A stretch of 64,000 nucleotides of DNA from an uncultured Planctomycetota bacterium (GTDB lineage: Bacteria; Planctomycetota; Planctomycetia; Isosphaerales; Isosphaeraceae): the NCBI GenBank assembly GCA_963845755.1, contig CAWJTV010000002.1, positions 9,394 to 73,393 of the forward strand. The letters are read 5' to 3'. Of the stretch, positions 32,601 through 45,722 are shown piece after piece (the stretch's first letter is position 1; each line of letters opens with the position of its first letter). A model generated the notes under the pieces. That model had not been told where the DNA came from. It worked only from the letters and a program-made list of their open reading frames with translations, and did no database searches. The translations under genes were made by a program, and so were the position numbers.

Positions 32601-35600
32601 TTCGCGTCGAGGAACAATTCGACGGTGGTGCCCGCGGTGGGGACCGAGGCGGTGTAACTCACGTCGAGCATGCTGCCGGGCGCGACGTCGGTGTCGGAGT
32701 TGGGGCTGGTGAGCGACAGGGTCGGCGGCGCCGGGAGCGTCGGCTGGGCGATCCCGTCATAGCTGACGGTGCCCAGGCCCGTCGTGTCGGCGATCGCGAT
32801 GCTCCAGGTCCCCGCAACCGGGTTTGCGATGGTCACCAAGGCGGACGTGCTGCTCGAGAGCGAGGGCACGTACAGGATCGGCCCGGAGGTGGGCGGGTTG
32901 GTCGTGTTAACGGTCGTCTGGTTGCCATTGGGATCGGTGAGCGCCAGCGTCACGCCGCCGCTCTGGAGCGGATCGGTCCACTCGGCGGCCACAAAGGCGG
33001 TACTCGTGCCGGAGGGGACCGTGAACGTGGGGTCGCCGAAGAAGGGGATCGGGATATGGCCGATCGTATCGATGGTCCCATTGAAGAACACCTTGAGGCC
33101 GATCGTGCCCAAGCTCCCCGCGCTCCCGGTGACTTGGACGTAATCCTGGGCCAGGCTGCCCGAGTTGAAGCCCGGGGCGATGTAGATCATCGCCGTAGCG
33201 CTGATGCTCCCCAGGTTGAGGTGCGACAGCAGGCTCAGACCCGGCACCTTGGCGAGCTGGCCTAGGTTCAGCGATGCCGTCTCGGTGCCTGTTAGCCCGC
33301 CGCTTACGGAGCCCATGATGTTACCATTGAGCGTGAAGAGCCCGCCGAGGCCCGACAACGAGCCAGAGAGGAGGATCGAGCCCTTCTGCCAGTCGGCATT
33401 GATGGACTCCATCCCCGACAGGAGACCGGGGGTGAGGAACACGACGTTATCAGTGCCCTCGAAGTGGTTGGCGTCCACCGTCGCGGTCCCATTGATCGAG
33501 ACCAGCGACGAGATCGACAACGACGACAGTCCGGTCCAGTTCGGGAACGGGATTTCGATCGCCGGGCTGATCGCGGGCCCGATGGTAACGCCCAGCGTCC
33601 CGGTGAAGGTGAGCGGCTGGCTCGGATCGGCGATGTTGTTGGCGTGCAGGCCGGCCGTCTGGATCCAGACCGGGACCTCGCCCAGCGGCCCCTCGTTGAT
33701 ATTGTTGGCCGTCAGCCCGACCTCATTGACCGCCCCCTTCAGCAGGCCCAGGGTGCCGTCGAGGGTGATGCTGGTCCCCGGCAACTTCACCGTGATCATG
33801 CCCGTATACTTCTGGGCGACCGTGTTAACCGCCAGGCTCCCCGAGGGGATGCCGAAGCCCTTGGCCGGGAGCGGGGGGATGGTGAAATTGTCGGTGAAAG
33901 AGAACACGCCCTTCACGTCGATTGTGTAGGGGGTGTTGATGTTATTATTGGACGAAATCAGGATATAACTGTCCTTACTCGGGTCGTCGCTCGCCTGCAG
34001 GTTCGCGTCGATCGTGAGCTGGACGCCCTTGATGTCCGCGCTGAGCTTCACCTCGCCGCTGATCTTGAGGCTGGCCGGCGTGCCCGGCTGGCCGGGCTCC
34101 CCGGTCGTCTCGGCCACGTAGTGGATGTGCAGCGCCGTGGACTCGACGTCCACGCCGAACAGGCTGAACTTGGCGTCCGGGAAGTCGATGTCGGCCCCCG
34201 TGATCGACACCGAGCCGTCGGACTTGATCTGGAGGTAGTTGGGGTCGTCGACACTGAATGTCAGGTTTCCCCACTTGGTCGGCAACTTCACCGAGCCCTC
34301 GAGCTGCAGCATGCCGGGCACGAAGGTGATCTTCGTCAGGTCGAACTCCAGGCCGGCGATCTTGGCATTCGCGACCGAGTCGTCGCCCCCGTCCGCGTCG
34401 CCGCCGGACTGGCCGCGCGGGATGTCGATCTCGCCGTCGAAGAGCGTGACCGTCTGGCCGTACATGTCCACCGTGAGCGTGCCGTCGAGTTTGATCTCCG
34501 AATTGTCGGCATAGAAGTCCCCCTCGAAGGTCGTAAGCGATTGGAATGTGCCTCCGCGCAGGCCGATCTCCAGTTTGGCGTTCTCGATCTTGGTCACCTT
34601 GCCGTCGGACTCGATCTGGCCAACCGACAAACGAATCGCGAGCGGATCGAAGTTCAGCAAATCCTGGTTGACCGGGGCGTTGCCTTCGCTGGATCCGTCT
34701 GGAGCGGTCAAGCTGATCTGACCCTGTGGCACGGACGTGTTGTTGGGATCGGGAGTGTATCTCAGAGTGATGTTGCCGGCATCGCCAGCGCTTTGGCTGA
34801 TGCGCGAATCGCCCTGGTAAGTTGGCGTGGGCTGGCTGGGCCCGGCCATGGTTATTGTCATCGATTGTGGATCGGTCGAGTCGACCTGGTCCGTCAGCGG
34901 GAAAGCCAGGCCGTTGGAATCCAAAGTGAAAAGCTCAGCATCGTAAAGCGTCTGGTCGAGGACCGTTTGAATACTGGTCGGCGGGACGGTGGCGACCATG
35001 TTGCCATTCGCGTCGCAGGTCACAGTGTTGGGCGGATAGATCGAGGCCGTGGCCGCGATGTGGATGCTGCCCGACAGCAGATTGCCGATCAGTCCGGCCT
35101 GTCTCATAATCGACCCTTCAGAGTCGAGGAGCGGCGCGCGGGGTCAGGGCGAAGGTGTTCGTACCTCCCGGTGCTAGTTGAAAGTGGTATTCATCCTGAG
35201 AGAAGCTCGTCTCGAAGGCGCGGATTCCCGACAGAGTGATATCGACCTCCACGCTCGTGTTCTTATCAGGGGTGCCCGTGTTCGTGATCGTGATCTTGCC
35301 CGAAGGGCTGGCCCCGCCAATCCAACCCGTGAAAAGTTGGCTACTTCCGTTCAGAGTAACTTTCGGCGCGGTGAGCTGCGTGTCTTTGGGGGGTGGGGTG
35401 CATGGTTGGGGTTTGGCAGGTGATCCCGGCGGCGTCAGCCCGTGCCATCCCGCAGCCGTGACGCCGGAGCCCGGGTCGCTCGTCGCCGTCAGGCCGTCGG
35501 CCGAGACGGTCGCAGTGCCATCGATGACCAGTCGGCCGGTCGTGTGGTCGAAGCTGAGAACGTCCAGCTTCGTCCCCGGCGCGGCGTTGAAGACATTCGG

Positions 35601-38600
35601 GAAGGTCAAGATCGCTGGCGTCGAGAATGTCGTGACACCCGGCGCCTGGATCGTGATGTCGAATGTGTGCTGCATCACACCTGCCGGCAGCATGTCCATG
35701 ACCAATTGCGGCGGAACGGTGCTGATGCCGACGTGGCCGCTCGCCAGCTTCTGGCCGTCGGGCCCGACGAGGCTGCCGGGCTGGACGGTGAGGGTCAGTT
35801 CCTGTTGCTGCTGGGGCGTCAGGTCCGCAGCCGCGCCGGGCTGGACGGTCAGCGTGGTTGGCTCGGTGTTGCTGACGGTCTGGAGGATCGAGTTTGCGAC
35901 GCGCGGCAGATAGACACCCTTTGCGTTGGCCTGGGCCGCCTCCTGTTCGAGGGTGCCCATGCTCCCCATGGCGGTATTGGCCTGGCCCGGCTGGATAGTC
36001 AGGTCCAGCACCATCTCAGGGAAGAAGTAGCCGGCCGGAGGATTGCTCGCTGTGCGACCGTCGACGACAAGTTTGACGTCGCCGGTGGGTACCGAGCTGA
36101 AGGAAAAGCTGCCGTCGGGGCCGGTGACGACCTTCTGGTCCTCTTGTCCAAGGATGTAGACCGTCACCCCGGCGATCGGGTCGAGGTAGACGTCGTCGCC
36201 GGTCATGAGGACGCCGTCGGGGCCGGCCTTGACGTCGTCGGTCGAGTCCGGTTTGAGATCTGGTCCGGGGTCGGCGACGATGCCCGAAAGGCTCGTCCCG
36301 GGCACGCTGGCTGTGCTGACCGTCGTGAAAGTCTCCGTGAGGAGACTGCCGGGCGTGCCGGTGCCGGCCGCGTCGAGGAGGGTGCCGTCCGACGCTTTGA
36401 TCGTCGAACCATCGATCGTCAGCGTGACCCGCGAGGCGCCGGGCATCGGGTTCGTCGGGAAGAGCCAGGCGTATGTGCCGTCGTCGGACGGGACGATCGT
36501 GGTGAGGATCATGGAGCCAGAGGGGTCCTTCAAGTAAAAGTCGTCCGCCGTCAAGGTGGACGGATCGATCGGGCGCGAGAAAATGATCTTGGGTCGGAAG
36601 GTCACGCCGACGTCGACCGAGCCGTCAGTCGGCGCGACGCTGCTGAGCATCAGCGCGGGAGGCGCGGCCAGATTGACGTCCATCGAGTCGTGCGACACGT
36701 TACCGGCCGCATCGCGAGCCGTCACCGTCAGGGTGTGGTCGCCGAGAGACAAGTGGGACTGGTCGAGCACCTGGGAGAACGTGCCGTCTGAGGCGAAGGC
36801 GATCGAGGAGCTCGGTGCCGCCGTCGAAGTTGTACGACAGCGCCGTGATCGCCGAGCCGGTGGCGTCGGCGGTGCCGGCGAGCAACTCACCGTCGGTCAA
36901 GGTGCCGGGCAACGGGCTGGTGAGCGTCAGAGTTGCGCCTTGGTGTCGAGTGTCATGGAGGCGGGGACCAGGGACGTCGCGTTGCCGGCAAAGTCAGTAG
37001 CCTGGAAGTTGATCGTGTGCGCTCCGTCGGACGCGAAGGTCGTCGCGAAGGTCGTCGCCAGGGAGAAGTGACCCTGCGAGTCGAACGAGATCGGCGCGAA
37101 GTTACCGCCGTCGACCTGGGCTTGCAGCGAGGCGACGCCCGAGAGGTTGTCGAGTACGGTCCCGGTGATCGTGAGGTTGGATGAGGTGGTCACGCTCCCC
37201 GTGGACGGGTTGGTGAGTGTGATCGTCGGCGGGCTGTGGTCGCTCGAGGTGGAGAAGGTCTGGAGGACATAAGCACCGAGGTTGCCGCCCGCCGTCAAGC
37301 CGGCTTGATTTGAGAAATCGAAGTGGATGCCGCCGTCGATGCGGCTTTCGCCCGCGTCCGCAGCCGCTTGCTCGAAGCTGGAATACGAGCGAGTGACGCC
37401 GGGCAGGCCGACCGACGAAGTCGTGAAGGTGTAGGAACTGCCGAAGACTGACGTGAGGACTGCTGCCGCGGCGCCGCTGAAGGTGCTGTGGCCTGAGACG
37501 TACTCGGGAAAGGGGGGCGTTGTCAGCAGAGGCACCCAGTTGGCGATCGTCTGAACCTGGCTGTTGCCAGATGGGGAGGGGTCCGCGGCGATCGCGATCG
37601 GCCGCCAGGCATTGTATGTGTACTTGGCGTCCCAGGCGACGACGGCCGCGTCGCCCTCGGCGATGTTCAGCTCGGCGAAGAGTCGGGCGTCCTGCGCCAG
37701 GCTGTCCCCCTGTTGCTGGGCGACCTGCTCCGCGATCGCATTCCAGTGGCCCGGCGGAGTATAGGTGCCGGACTTGTCATTCCAGAAGAGGGCGATCTGT
37801 GTCTCGTCAGCGGTCCGGGTCGTACTGTTGACGGCGCCGAGGCTCAGAGTCTTGTTGACGTCGTCGGCCCACTCCTGGCTGTCCAGGGCGGGCGGCGCCC
37901 CGGTCGGAACTGGCTGTCGCTAGTCATCGCGAACGGCACGAGCGTCGCCCACTGGGGATTCTCGGCGGGGGCGTAGGCGGGAGCTGTCGGCTGCCAGTCA
38001 CCGGGGGCCGTGCCCGGCGTGTAGTCGACGTAGTTGGTGGAACCGTCGTTCGCCCGCATCGCGATGATCGCGTTGGCGACCGACTGGCCCACCGACATCC
38101 CGTCGGTCTTCGACTGGCCATCGGGGACGGTCGCCATGGCGGTGGCCAGGAGCGAGTTGAAACTCGACACCTGTGCCGGGTAGAGATAGGCGAGGACCGT
38201 GTACGCCGCCGCCGAGACGGCCGCATCGGCCGACGCCCCAGCCGGCGCCTTCAGCGAGACGTAGTATCCGGGTGTCCCGTCGATGGCATTGACTGCATCG
38301 TAGACCGCCGCCGAGACCATCGCCAGGCCGCGCGAGGCGTACTCCGGCGTCGACGCGTCGTTCTCGATCGCCTGGAGCTGGACCTGGTTCCAGTAGATGA
38401 CGGGGTTTACACCGCCGGTCGCTGCATCGCGGTGGATCGTCACCTGGTACTGGCTGGTGTTTCCCGCCGCGTCCGTCGCGACGACCGTCAACGCGTTGTC
38501 GCCAAGGGCCAGGCCCACGCCGGGGAACTGGAAGGCGCCGGTATTCGTTGACGACGCCGTCGCGCCCGTCTGGGCGATATTCAGGCTGACGTTGGCGTCA

Positions 38601-40510
38601 GTCTGCCCAGTCAGCGTTGCCTGGCCGTCGGTTGTGCTCAGCGCGAGGCCATTCTCCTGGTCAACGGTGGCTAGGCTGAACGCCGGCTGTACTGGCGGAA
38701 TGGTATCCAGGGTGAAGCGGATGTCGGTCGGTCCGGACACGTTGCCGCGCACGTCGGTAGCCACCAGGCGGACCGTGTGAATTCCGTCGGCCGAGCCGTC
38801 GAGGGCAAGTCCGGTCGTGAACTGGAAATCTCCCGACGAATCGAACTCCAGGGGAACGACAGGGCCCGAGTTGACTTGCTCGGAAAGCGAGGCCACATCC
38901 GCCACGGTACCCGTGACCTCACCGGCGATCGTGACGTTGGAATGGGTCACGAGCCCCTGAGCCGGGCTCTGGATCGAGATGGTTGGCCCCTGTGTATCAA
39001 GAGTGAACGTGAAAGCGAAGGGCTGGGAAATGTTACCAGCCTTGTCGGTGGCCGCGAATTGAACGGTGTTCGAGCCATCGGCTGAACTGTCCAGGGCCAG
39101 GTTCGTCGTGAAGTGGAAGCTTCCCGAAGCGTCGAGAGCAACGTCGGTGTATGCACCGCCATCCACCGAGGCTCGCAGGACGGCGACACCGGTACGTTCA
39201 TCACTGACCTGGCCCTTGATCGCGACATTCTGGGCCGTCACCAATCCGCTCGTCGGACTGCTCACCGTGACGACCGGTGGGACCGTGTCCAGCGTGAAGG
39301 AGTAATCCATCGGGCTGGAGACGTTCCTGGCCTGGTCGGTTGCCGTCAGTTGGACGGTATGAACCCCGTCGGCCGAACCGCCGAGCAGCAAGTTCGTGGC
39401 GTAATGGAAGTTGCCTGAGGAGTCGAAGGAAACATCGACCAATGGGCCCGAATCCACCTGTGCCTGAAGCTTGGCGACGCCCGAGAGGTCATCGGTCACC
39501 TGACCCGTGATTGTGACGTTTGAGTTGGTGAGCAAGTTCGGACCAGGAGTTTCGATCGAGATGATCGGCGGCTGGGAATCGATGATGTCGTTCTTTCGGG
39601 TGACAAACAGGTCGAAGGTTGCACGCTGGCCGAAGGTGTCGGAGGCAGCCACATGGAACGGGGTGACGCCAGTTCCGACCTGAATGGCAAAGTGAAAGAG
39701 ACCATTGGCATCGGCTGACGTAACCTGGCTGGTGGTTCCCACATTCCCCTGATCGAGCGCGAGCGTGGCGCCGGGCTCGGTATGCCCCACGATCGTGATA
39801 TCGGGCTGGGAGACGGTCTCACGGCCGGTCGGATCGAAGGTGCGATCCACCGCTGCGGAGAGCGAAAGAGGCCGCACGTGAGTTGAGGCTCCCAGGTTCT
39901 GCTGTGCCAGCCGCAAGTCCCAGTCGCCGATCCAGCCGTTGCCATTGATGTCCGCATTCGGCAGATAGCGCGGGTTCTCCATTGCGCCCCGGCATGCGAG
40001 CGGATGATTCGCAAGTCCTGGCGATTGACCTGGAAATCGCCGTTGACGTCGCCCACGAGGAATGTGTCGAGGCTATACGTACCGCCGGCGCCTCGTTCGC
40101 CGCCCTCCTTCACAACGAAAGAACCCGGAGTGAGACGAACCAGGGTCAAGCTCTCATTGGACCCCCGCGCACCGTTATGGTGAATCTCGCCCAAGACCTT
40201 TGCGCCGGCCAGGGGGATGATCCGAATCCGGCCAGGGTGTAAAGGATTCTTCCCTTCGCCTTTGACCTTTAACCCGAAGACCATCTGGTCCGAATGGAGG
40301 TGAAAACCGTCGAGTCCTACCTGAATCGTGATCGAATCCGCTTGGTGGCGCGCGACCATCCGATCAGAGAAACTCGCGAAGGGGTCGAGTCCCGGCGAGA
40401 GTAGCGGCCGGTCCTCGAGCACCTCGAGCCGGGGCCGCAGCGCAGCTGCATCTCCGGTTCCTGACCGCCGTGATGGGACGGATTCGCCTAAGGGAACGCG
40501 GAGAACCCAT
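26690..40510 (-). CDS. Giant secreted multidomain protein (~4600 aa, several indels): Ig-like repeats, vanadium haloperoxidase/PAP2, SdrD-B, LVIVD, 14 FG-GAP repeats
   Basis: RLEVLEDRPLLS export-type motif; ORFs 39496-40422, 37844-39982, 36927-37535, 35118-36890 and 26690-35107 read contiguously by frame switch. Confidence 0.75.
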
Positions 40511-40853
40511 GATGAACCCCCTCTTCATAGAAGCTGCCGTCGCAAGAAGATATGAGGAAGTGCCGGATTCAATCTCGTGGTTGGCTTCCACCCAAGCGGT
40601 CCGCTACTGGCGATACACCAATAACGCACTCCACGACAAAGTGGATGCTTGAATCTGGTCGCGGGACAGTGCAGACTAGAGCCAGATCAACCTGTCTCTA
40701 CCTACTAAGCACCATGACAGGTGTAAGACCGGCAAGCTTGATTTCGGAATTCTTCCGGATGCGCTCCCGGTGGCTGTTCTGGCTCTGAGCGGGGTGACGA
40801 GTCTCGGTCAGTGAGAACTCTGTTCACAACCTGGGTTTGGGGCAATGAATTCC

Positions 40854-41461
40854 ATGGGCAGTGGCGAGACCACCCAGTACCAAGGTTGGATCGACCGACT
40901 TCAGGCGGGCGACGACTCGGCCCTCAACGAGATCTTGACCCACTTCGAGGGCCGCCTGATCCATCTCAGTCATCTCATGCTGTCCCAGTTCCCGCGGGTG
41001 CGGCGCTGGGAGGAGACCGGCGATGTCTTTCAGGAAGCGATGATTCGCCTCCATCAGTCGCTCCTGAAGGTGACTCCGGCGACATCCCCGCGATTTCCTC
41101 AACCTGGCGGCGACTCCAGGTCCGACGCGAGCTGCTCTCCCTGGCGAAGGCCCATCGAGCGGATGCTCGACGCAGCCAGGCAGCAGCCCCGGACACGGAC
41201 GGGACGGACAGGTTCGATGAGCCCAGCAACGGCACCGACGGGCCTTGTGAGCTGGCCATCTGGACCGAGTTTCATGAGCAAGTCGGCGCCATGGATGAAA
41301 CCTTGCGCGAAGTGTTTGGGCTGATCTGGTACCACGGTCTGACCCAGCGGGAGGCCGCCGCGGTCCTGGATGTGAGCGAGCGTACCGTTCGGGGGCGTTG
41401 GCAAGAGGCCCGGCTGGCGATGCGTAGAGCCCTCGGCGGACAGTTGCCGGGGCCATCCTGA
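40854..41461 (+). CDS. ECF sigma-70 factor (frameshifts)
   Basis: WIDRLQAGDDSALNE..WEETGDVFQEAMIRL (region 2); YHGLTQREAAAVLDVSERTVRGRW (region 4). Confidence 0.88.
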
Positions 41462-41475
41462 TCAGGGGAACCGCG

Positions 41476-44348
41476 ATGTCGTCGATGACCCAGGATTCTC
41501 CTCACAAGCGGGTGGGCGAGCTTCTCATCGAATGGGAGGAACGGCGCGAGCGGGGAGAAGAGGTCGCGCCGGCGGTCCTGTGCGAGGACTGCCCGGAGTT
41601 GATCGAGGAACTCGAGAACCAGATTCGCGAACTCAAGGCCTGGGACCCGTTGTTGCCTCACATGGTCGGGGGGCGGAACGAGGACTCATCGTGCGAGGAA
41701 CCCGTGGGGGATGACGTCCGGGCAAGCGCCGAGTTCCTGGCGCGGCTGAGCGACTTGACGTTCCACGCCAAGGGGGGACTTGGAATCGTCTACAAAGCCT
41801 GGCACGACGAGCTCCAACGGATCGTCGCCGTCAAGTTCCTTCAGCGGCACCACGCCGCTAACCCGTTCGTTCGCTCACGATTCCTCCGAGAAGCCGAGAT
41901 TACGGCGAAGCTCGAGCACCCGGGGATCGTGCCGATCTACGGGATCGGGCGCGACTCGACCGGGGCTCCCTGCTACGTCATGCGGTTCATCGAGGGCCCC
42001 ACTCTGGAAGAGTCCATCAAGTGCTTCCATGCGACGGTTTGGGCAAGTCCCGGCGGGCGGAACAAGGCTTTTCGCGACCTGATGGGCCATTACCTCGCAG
42101 CCAGCGCGGCGGTCGCCTATGCCCATGGCAAGGGAGTGCTGCACCGCGACATCAAGCCGAGTAACATGGTCCTCGGCCCATTGGGCCAGGTCGTCGTCCT
42201 CGACTGGGGGTTGGGGAAGTCCCCATCAACCTGCGAAGAGAAGACGCGGCGCGCCGAAGCCGCGAACGGTTCAAACTCTCCGCCCTGGGGTTCGGCCACC
42301 CTCGGCCGGATGGGGACGCTGGGCTACATGAGTCGCGAGCAGCAGGATGGTGACTGGCGCCGCGTCAACGCGCGCAGTGATGTCTTCAGCCTCGGCGTGA
42401 CGCTGTATTTCTTGTTGACCGGGAAGCTCCCGTTTCCAGGTGGTTCCGCGGCTGAGGTTCTGAACAAGGTGGAGAACGGCAAGTTCCAACCTCCGCGACA
42501 CCGCGCCGGCGATCCCTCGTCCCCTAGAAGCCATCTGTCTCAGGGCGATGAACGCTCGTCCCGAGGACCGCTATCCGACGGCGTTGGAGCTCGGTGGAGG
42601 ACCTGAAGAGCTGGATGGCCGACGAGCCGGTCTCGGCCGTGCCGGAACGCTGGTACCACCGAGGGGCGCGGGCGGTCCGGCGACATCGGGCGGCGGCGAG
42701 TGTGGCCGTGCTCGGGTTGCTCGTCGTTGCGATTGTGGCCACGGGCGCCGCCTTCTGGATCGCCCACGCCCGAACGGGCGAGCATCGGGCCCGGAAACGG
42801 TCCGAGACTCGGCTCGATCTGGCCATGAGCGCGATCGGCCAGTTCCGAAAGGTGGTCGCGGAGAACCTGGACGTGCAGAACCAGCCCGAGTTGAAACCCC
42901 TCCGAATGAAACTGCTCGAAGAACCGTTGAGATTCTACCAGCAATTGCGCGAAGATCTGAGGCAAGGCGAGGACTCCGATACCGATGCCCGGGCCAAGCT
43001 CGTCCGGGCCACGCTCGATCTTGCCGTGATCGCGGCCGAGATCGGCCCGAATCGTCGAGCGATCCAGAATTTCGAAGAAGCGATCGCGAACCTCGAGGCC
43101 CTGACACGCCAGGACCCCAAGGACCAGGAGGGACAGCTCCTCCTGGCGCGGGGCCATGGAGAAGCTCGGCCTCCTCTTGCGCACCCAGGGGCGTGACGAC
43201 CAGGCTCGCGGCCACCTGGAGCAAGCCCGCAACCTCCTTGAGAAACTCGCGGAGCAGAATCCGAATGGCACGGTCTATCGAGCCGACCAGGCCCGGGCCC
43301 TCGACCGGCTGGCGTTACTCGACCTCACCAGCCAACCCGATCGATCGCGCAACCTGTTCGAGCAAGCGATTGCGATCGACCGCAAACTGATCGAGCAAGG
43401 GCCACCTGAGGTAGCTTCCGTTCGGTCCGACCTGGCCCTGGTGCACAACCACCTCGGGATCCTGCACCGGGCCGAGAACCGACCCGATCAGGCGGAAGCG
43501 TGTTACAACGAAGCGATCGCAATCTTCGAGTCGCTCTTGAGAGAAAACCCTAACCAATCTCCCTATCGAGTCAGCCTGGCGACCGCCCATCACAATCTCG
43601 GCAACCTCCGCGTCCAGAAGGGTGGACTCGGCGCACTCGCAAGCTTCGAACGAGCTCGGGACTTGTTTGAAGCACTCTTACGCGAGCGGCCCGCGGTGTC
43701 CTCCTACCGCGCCCAGCTCGCGAGGACCTGGGGGAACATCGCGGCGCTGCATCGCATCAGGCACCGCCTCGTCGAGGCGCGAGCCGGCTTCGAGCGCGCC
43801 GGGACTTGTTCGAGGAACTCGCCCACGACAATCCCGGAGTCTCTCGCCATCGCCGAGAATTGCTCACGACCTATAACAACCTCAGGCTGCTCTGGATGGA
43901 AGCGAAGCGCCCGGAGAATGTCGTCGCCTGCGTGCAGAGGATCCGCACCCTGCTCGAAGGACTGTTGAAGGAAAACCCCACGGACGAGGGGCTCCAGGTC
44001 AACCTGATTTCCATGTGTACCATGCTCGGCGAAGCCTGCGAAGAACTCGGCCGCGACCGGGAGGCGCTGAACGCTTTCGAGCAAGCTGCCAGCCGGACAC
44101 GAACTCTGATTGATCTGGGTGACGGATCCCCCCTGAAACGGAAAGACTTGCTCGCAATCCTCTCGCCGCTGTTGAAATCCTACAGGAAACTGGGGCGATC
44201 CGCAGATGTCGCCAAGATTACGGAAGAACTGCGTGGGTTGGACGCCGAAAATCCCGACCTTCTCAGCGGAGCCGCATTACCGGCTGATGTTTTCGCACCC
44301 GGATCGAGCAATTCTCACCATACCCCGCCGGCAGGTATCATGCCCTGA
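41476..44348 (+). CDS. Ser/Thr protein kinase with TM helix and TPR repeats (frameshifts)
   Basis: KGGLGIVY, VAVK, HRDIKPSN, DWGLG; hydrophobic VAVLGLLVVAIVATGAAFWI; TPR-like HNHLG/HHNLG repeats. Confidence 0.85.
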
Positions 44349-45123
44349 TCGGCCGCGTGTAGACAGATGTTGTCGATCCTGGGCGCGGGTCTCCTCCCCT
44401 CGCCCGTCCCTCGACTTCTGGCCTCCCAGTGCTCGCCGTCCGGCGGACCCAGACATATGTCGTGCCTCTCGACAACACAAGCCCTGAATCAGAATATTAG
44501 AACATATGTAAATACAAGATAATAAGTCGATGGCGAGGCTCTGAGGGCGGTCTGAAGTTCCCATCTCAAACTTCTCGGGGTATCTGTCCCTCAGCTCCCG
44601 ATATCACTGGTGAGGTCAACCAAGGTGACGATCAGAGTGCTTTGAACAAGTACTCGAGCCTTCAACTACTTGAGTAGCCCGGCGATGATGGTGTTTCTGG
44701 CATCCGGACCGTCGGCCACTCGAAAGGCGGATGCCGGGGGAGCTTCACGAACGATTCGTCGTAGACTTTTTCGAGCCGATTGCCGAGTTCGGCCGGCGCC
44801 GGGACGGCCGGCGCGACGCTCAGAGTGTTGGGCGTCTGGGTCGCTGGAACATGATGAGGGATATCGGACTCGCCGAGGTCTGCCCCATCCTCAACGCCAC
44901 GAGTGATTCGGCAGTCTCCTCCTCGGGTTGGCGTTCCATCGGACTTTCCCAACGGCGACGGGATGACTGCAATCCCGATCCTGATTGATATCTGCACAAG
45001 CTTCCTCTACCGAGTCTTCCTGCTTAATTCCTCCGCGGTTCAAGTCATATATCAATGTGGATGGCATTAACGCTGCCATTCCACACATCGTGACCGAATT
45101 CTCACGTTCGGAGGAACCCGATC

Positions 45124-45492
45124 TTGAGCCACATCGTGACCGTCAAGACCGAGGTCCGCGACCATGCCGCGGTCGCGGCGGCCTGCCGCCGGCTCGCACT
45201 GCCCGAGCCAGTCCAGGGCACGGCCAGCCTCTACAACGGCAATGCCAGCGGGTTACTCGTCCACCTGCCCGACTGGCACTACCCGGTCGTGATCGACACG
45301 GCCAGCGGCAACATCCGCTATGACAACTATGAAGGCTGCTGGGGCGACGAGAAGCATCTCCATCGCTTCTTGCAAGCCTACGTCGTCGAGAGGTCTCGTA
45401 TCGAGGCCCGCAAGAAGAGCTACGTGACCACCGAGCAGTCCCTGGCCGACGGTTCCATCATGGTGGAAATCGAATTGGGAGGCTCGGCATGA
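45124..45492 (+). CDS. DUF1257 (Ycf35-like) protein
   Basis: MSHIVTVKTEVRD..W.YPVV..YDNYEG.WG..LQAY..DGSI pattern; GGAGGA RBS. Confidence 0.8.
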   Translation: MSHIVTVKTEVRDHAAVAAACRRLALPEPVQGTASLYNGNASGLLVHLPDWHYPVVIDTASGNIRYDNYEGCWGDEKHLHRFLQAYVVERSRIEARKKSYVTTEQSLADGSIMVEIELGGSA

Positions 45493-45683
45493 AGAAAGTC
45501 ATACGCGTCATCGTCGGCCCGAAGGGCGAGACGAGAGTTGAGACGAAGGGCTTCACAGGCGGCGAGTGCTGCGAAGCCAGCCGGTTCATCGAGCAGGCCC
45601 TGGGCCAGCCGGTCAACGAGCGGCTCACGGCCGAGTTCTACCAGTCGCAGGCCACCGACCAGCAGATCCGGCAGTCGCAGTGA
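45489..45683 (+). CDS. DUF2997 protein
   Basis: G.TRVETKGFTGGEC.EAS..IE.ALG..TAEFY; ATGA overlap with the DUF1257 gene. Confidence 0.8.
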   Translation: MKKVIRVIVGPKGETRVETKGFTGGECCEASRFIEQALGQPVNERLTAEFYQSQATDQQIRQSQ

Positions 45684-45722
45684 TCTCGGCACCCGCCATC
45701 GTCCTATCTGAGGAGACATGCG

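Noticed and set aside
40720..40735. GGTGTAAG / TTGCCGG as the promoter motif of the first ECF module
   Set aside because: Only 7-8 bp shared with other sites and no matching downstream element.
44600..45090. Possible gene or RNA upstream of DUF1257
   Set aside because: Only short overlapping ORFs, with no recognisable motif or structure.
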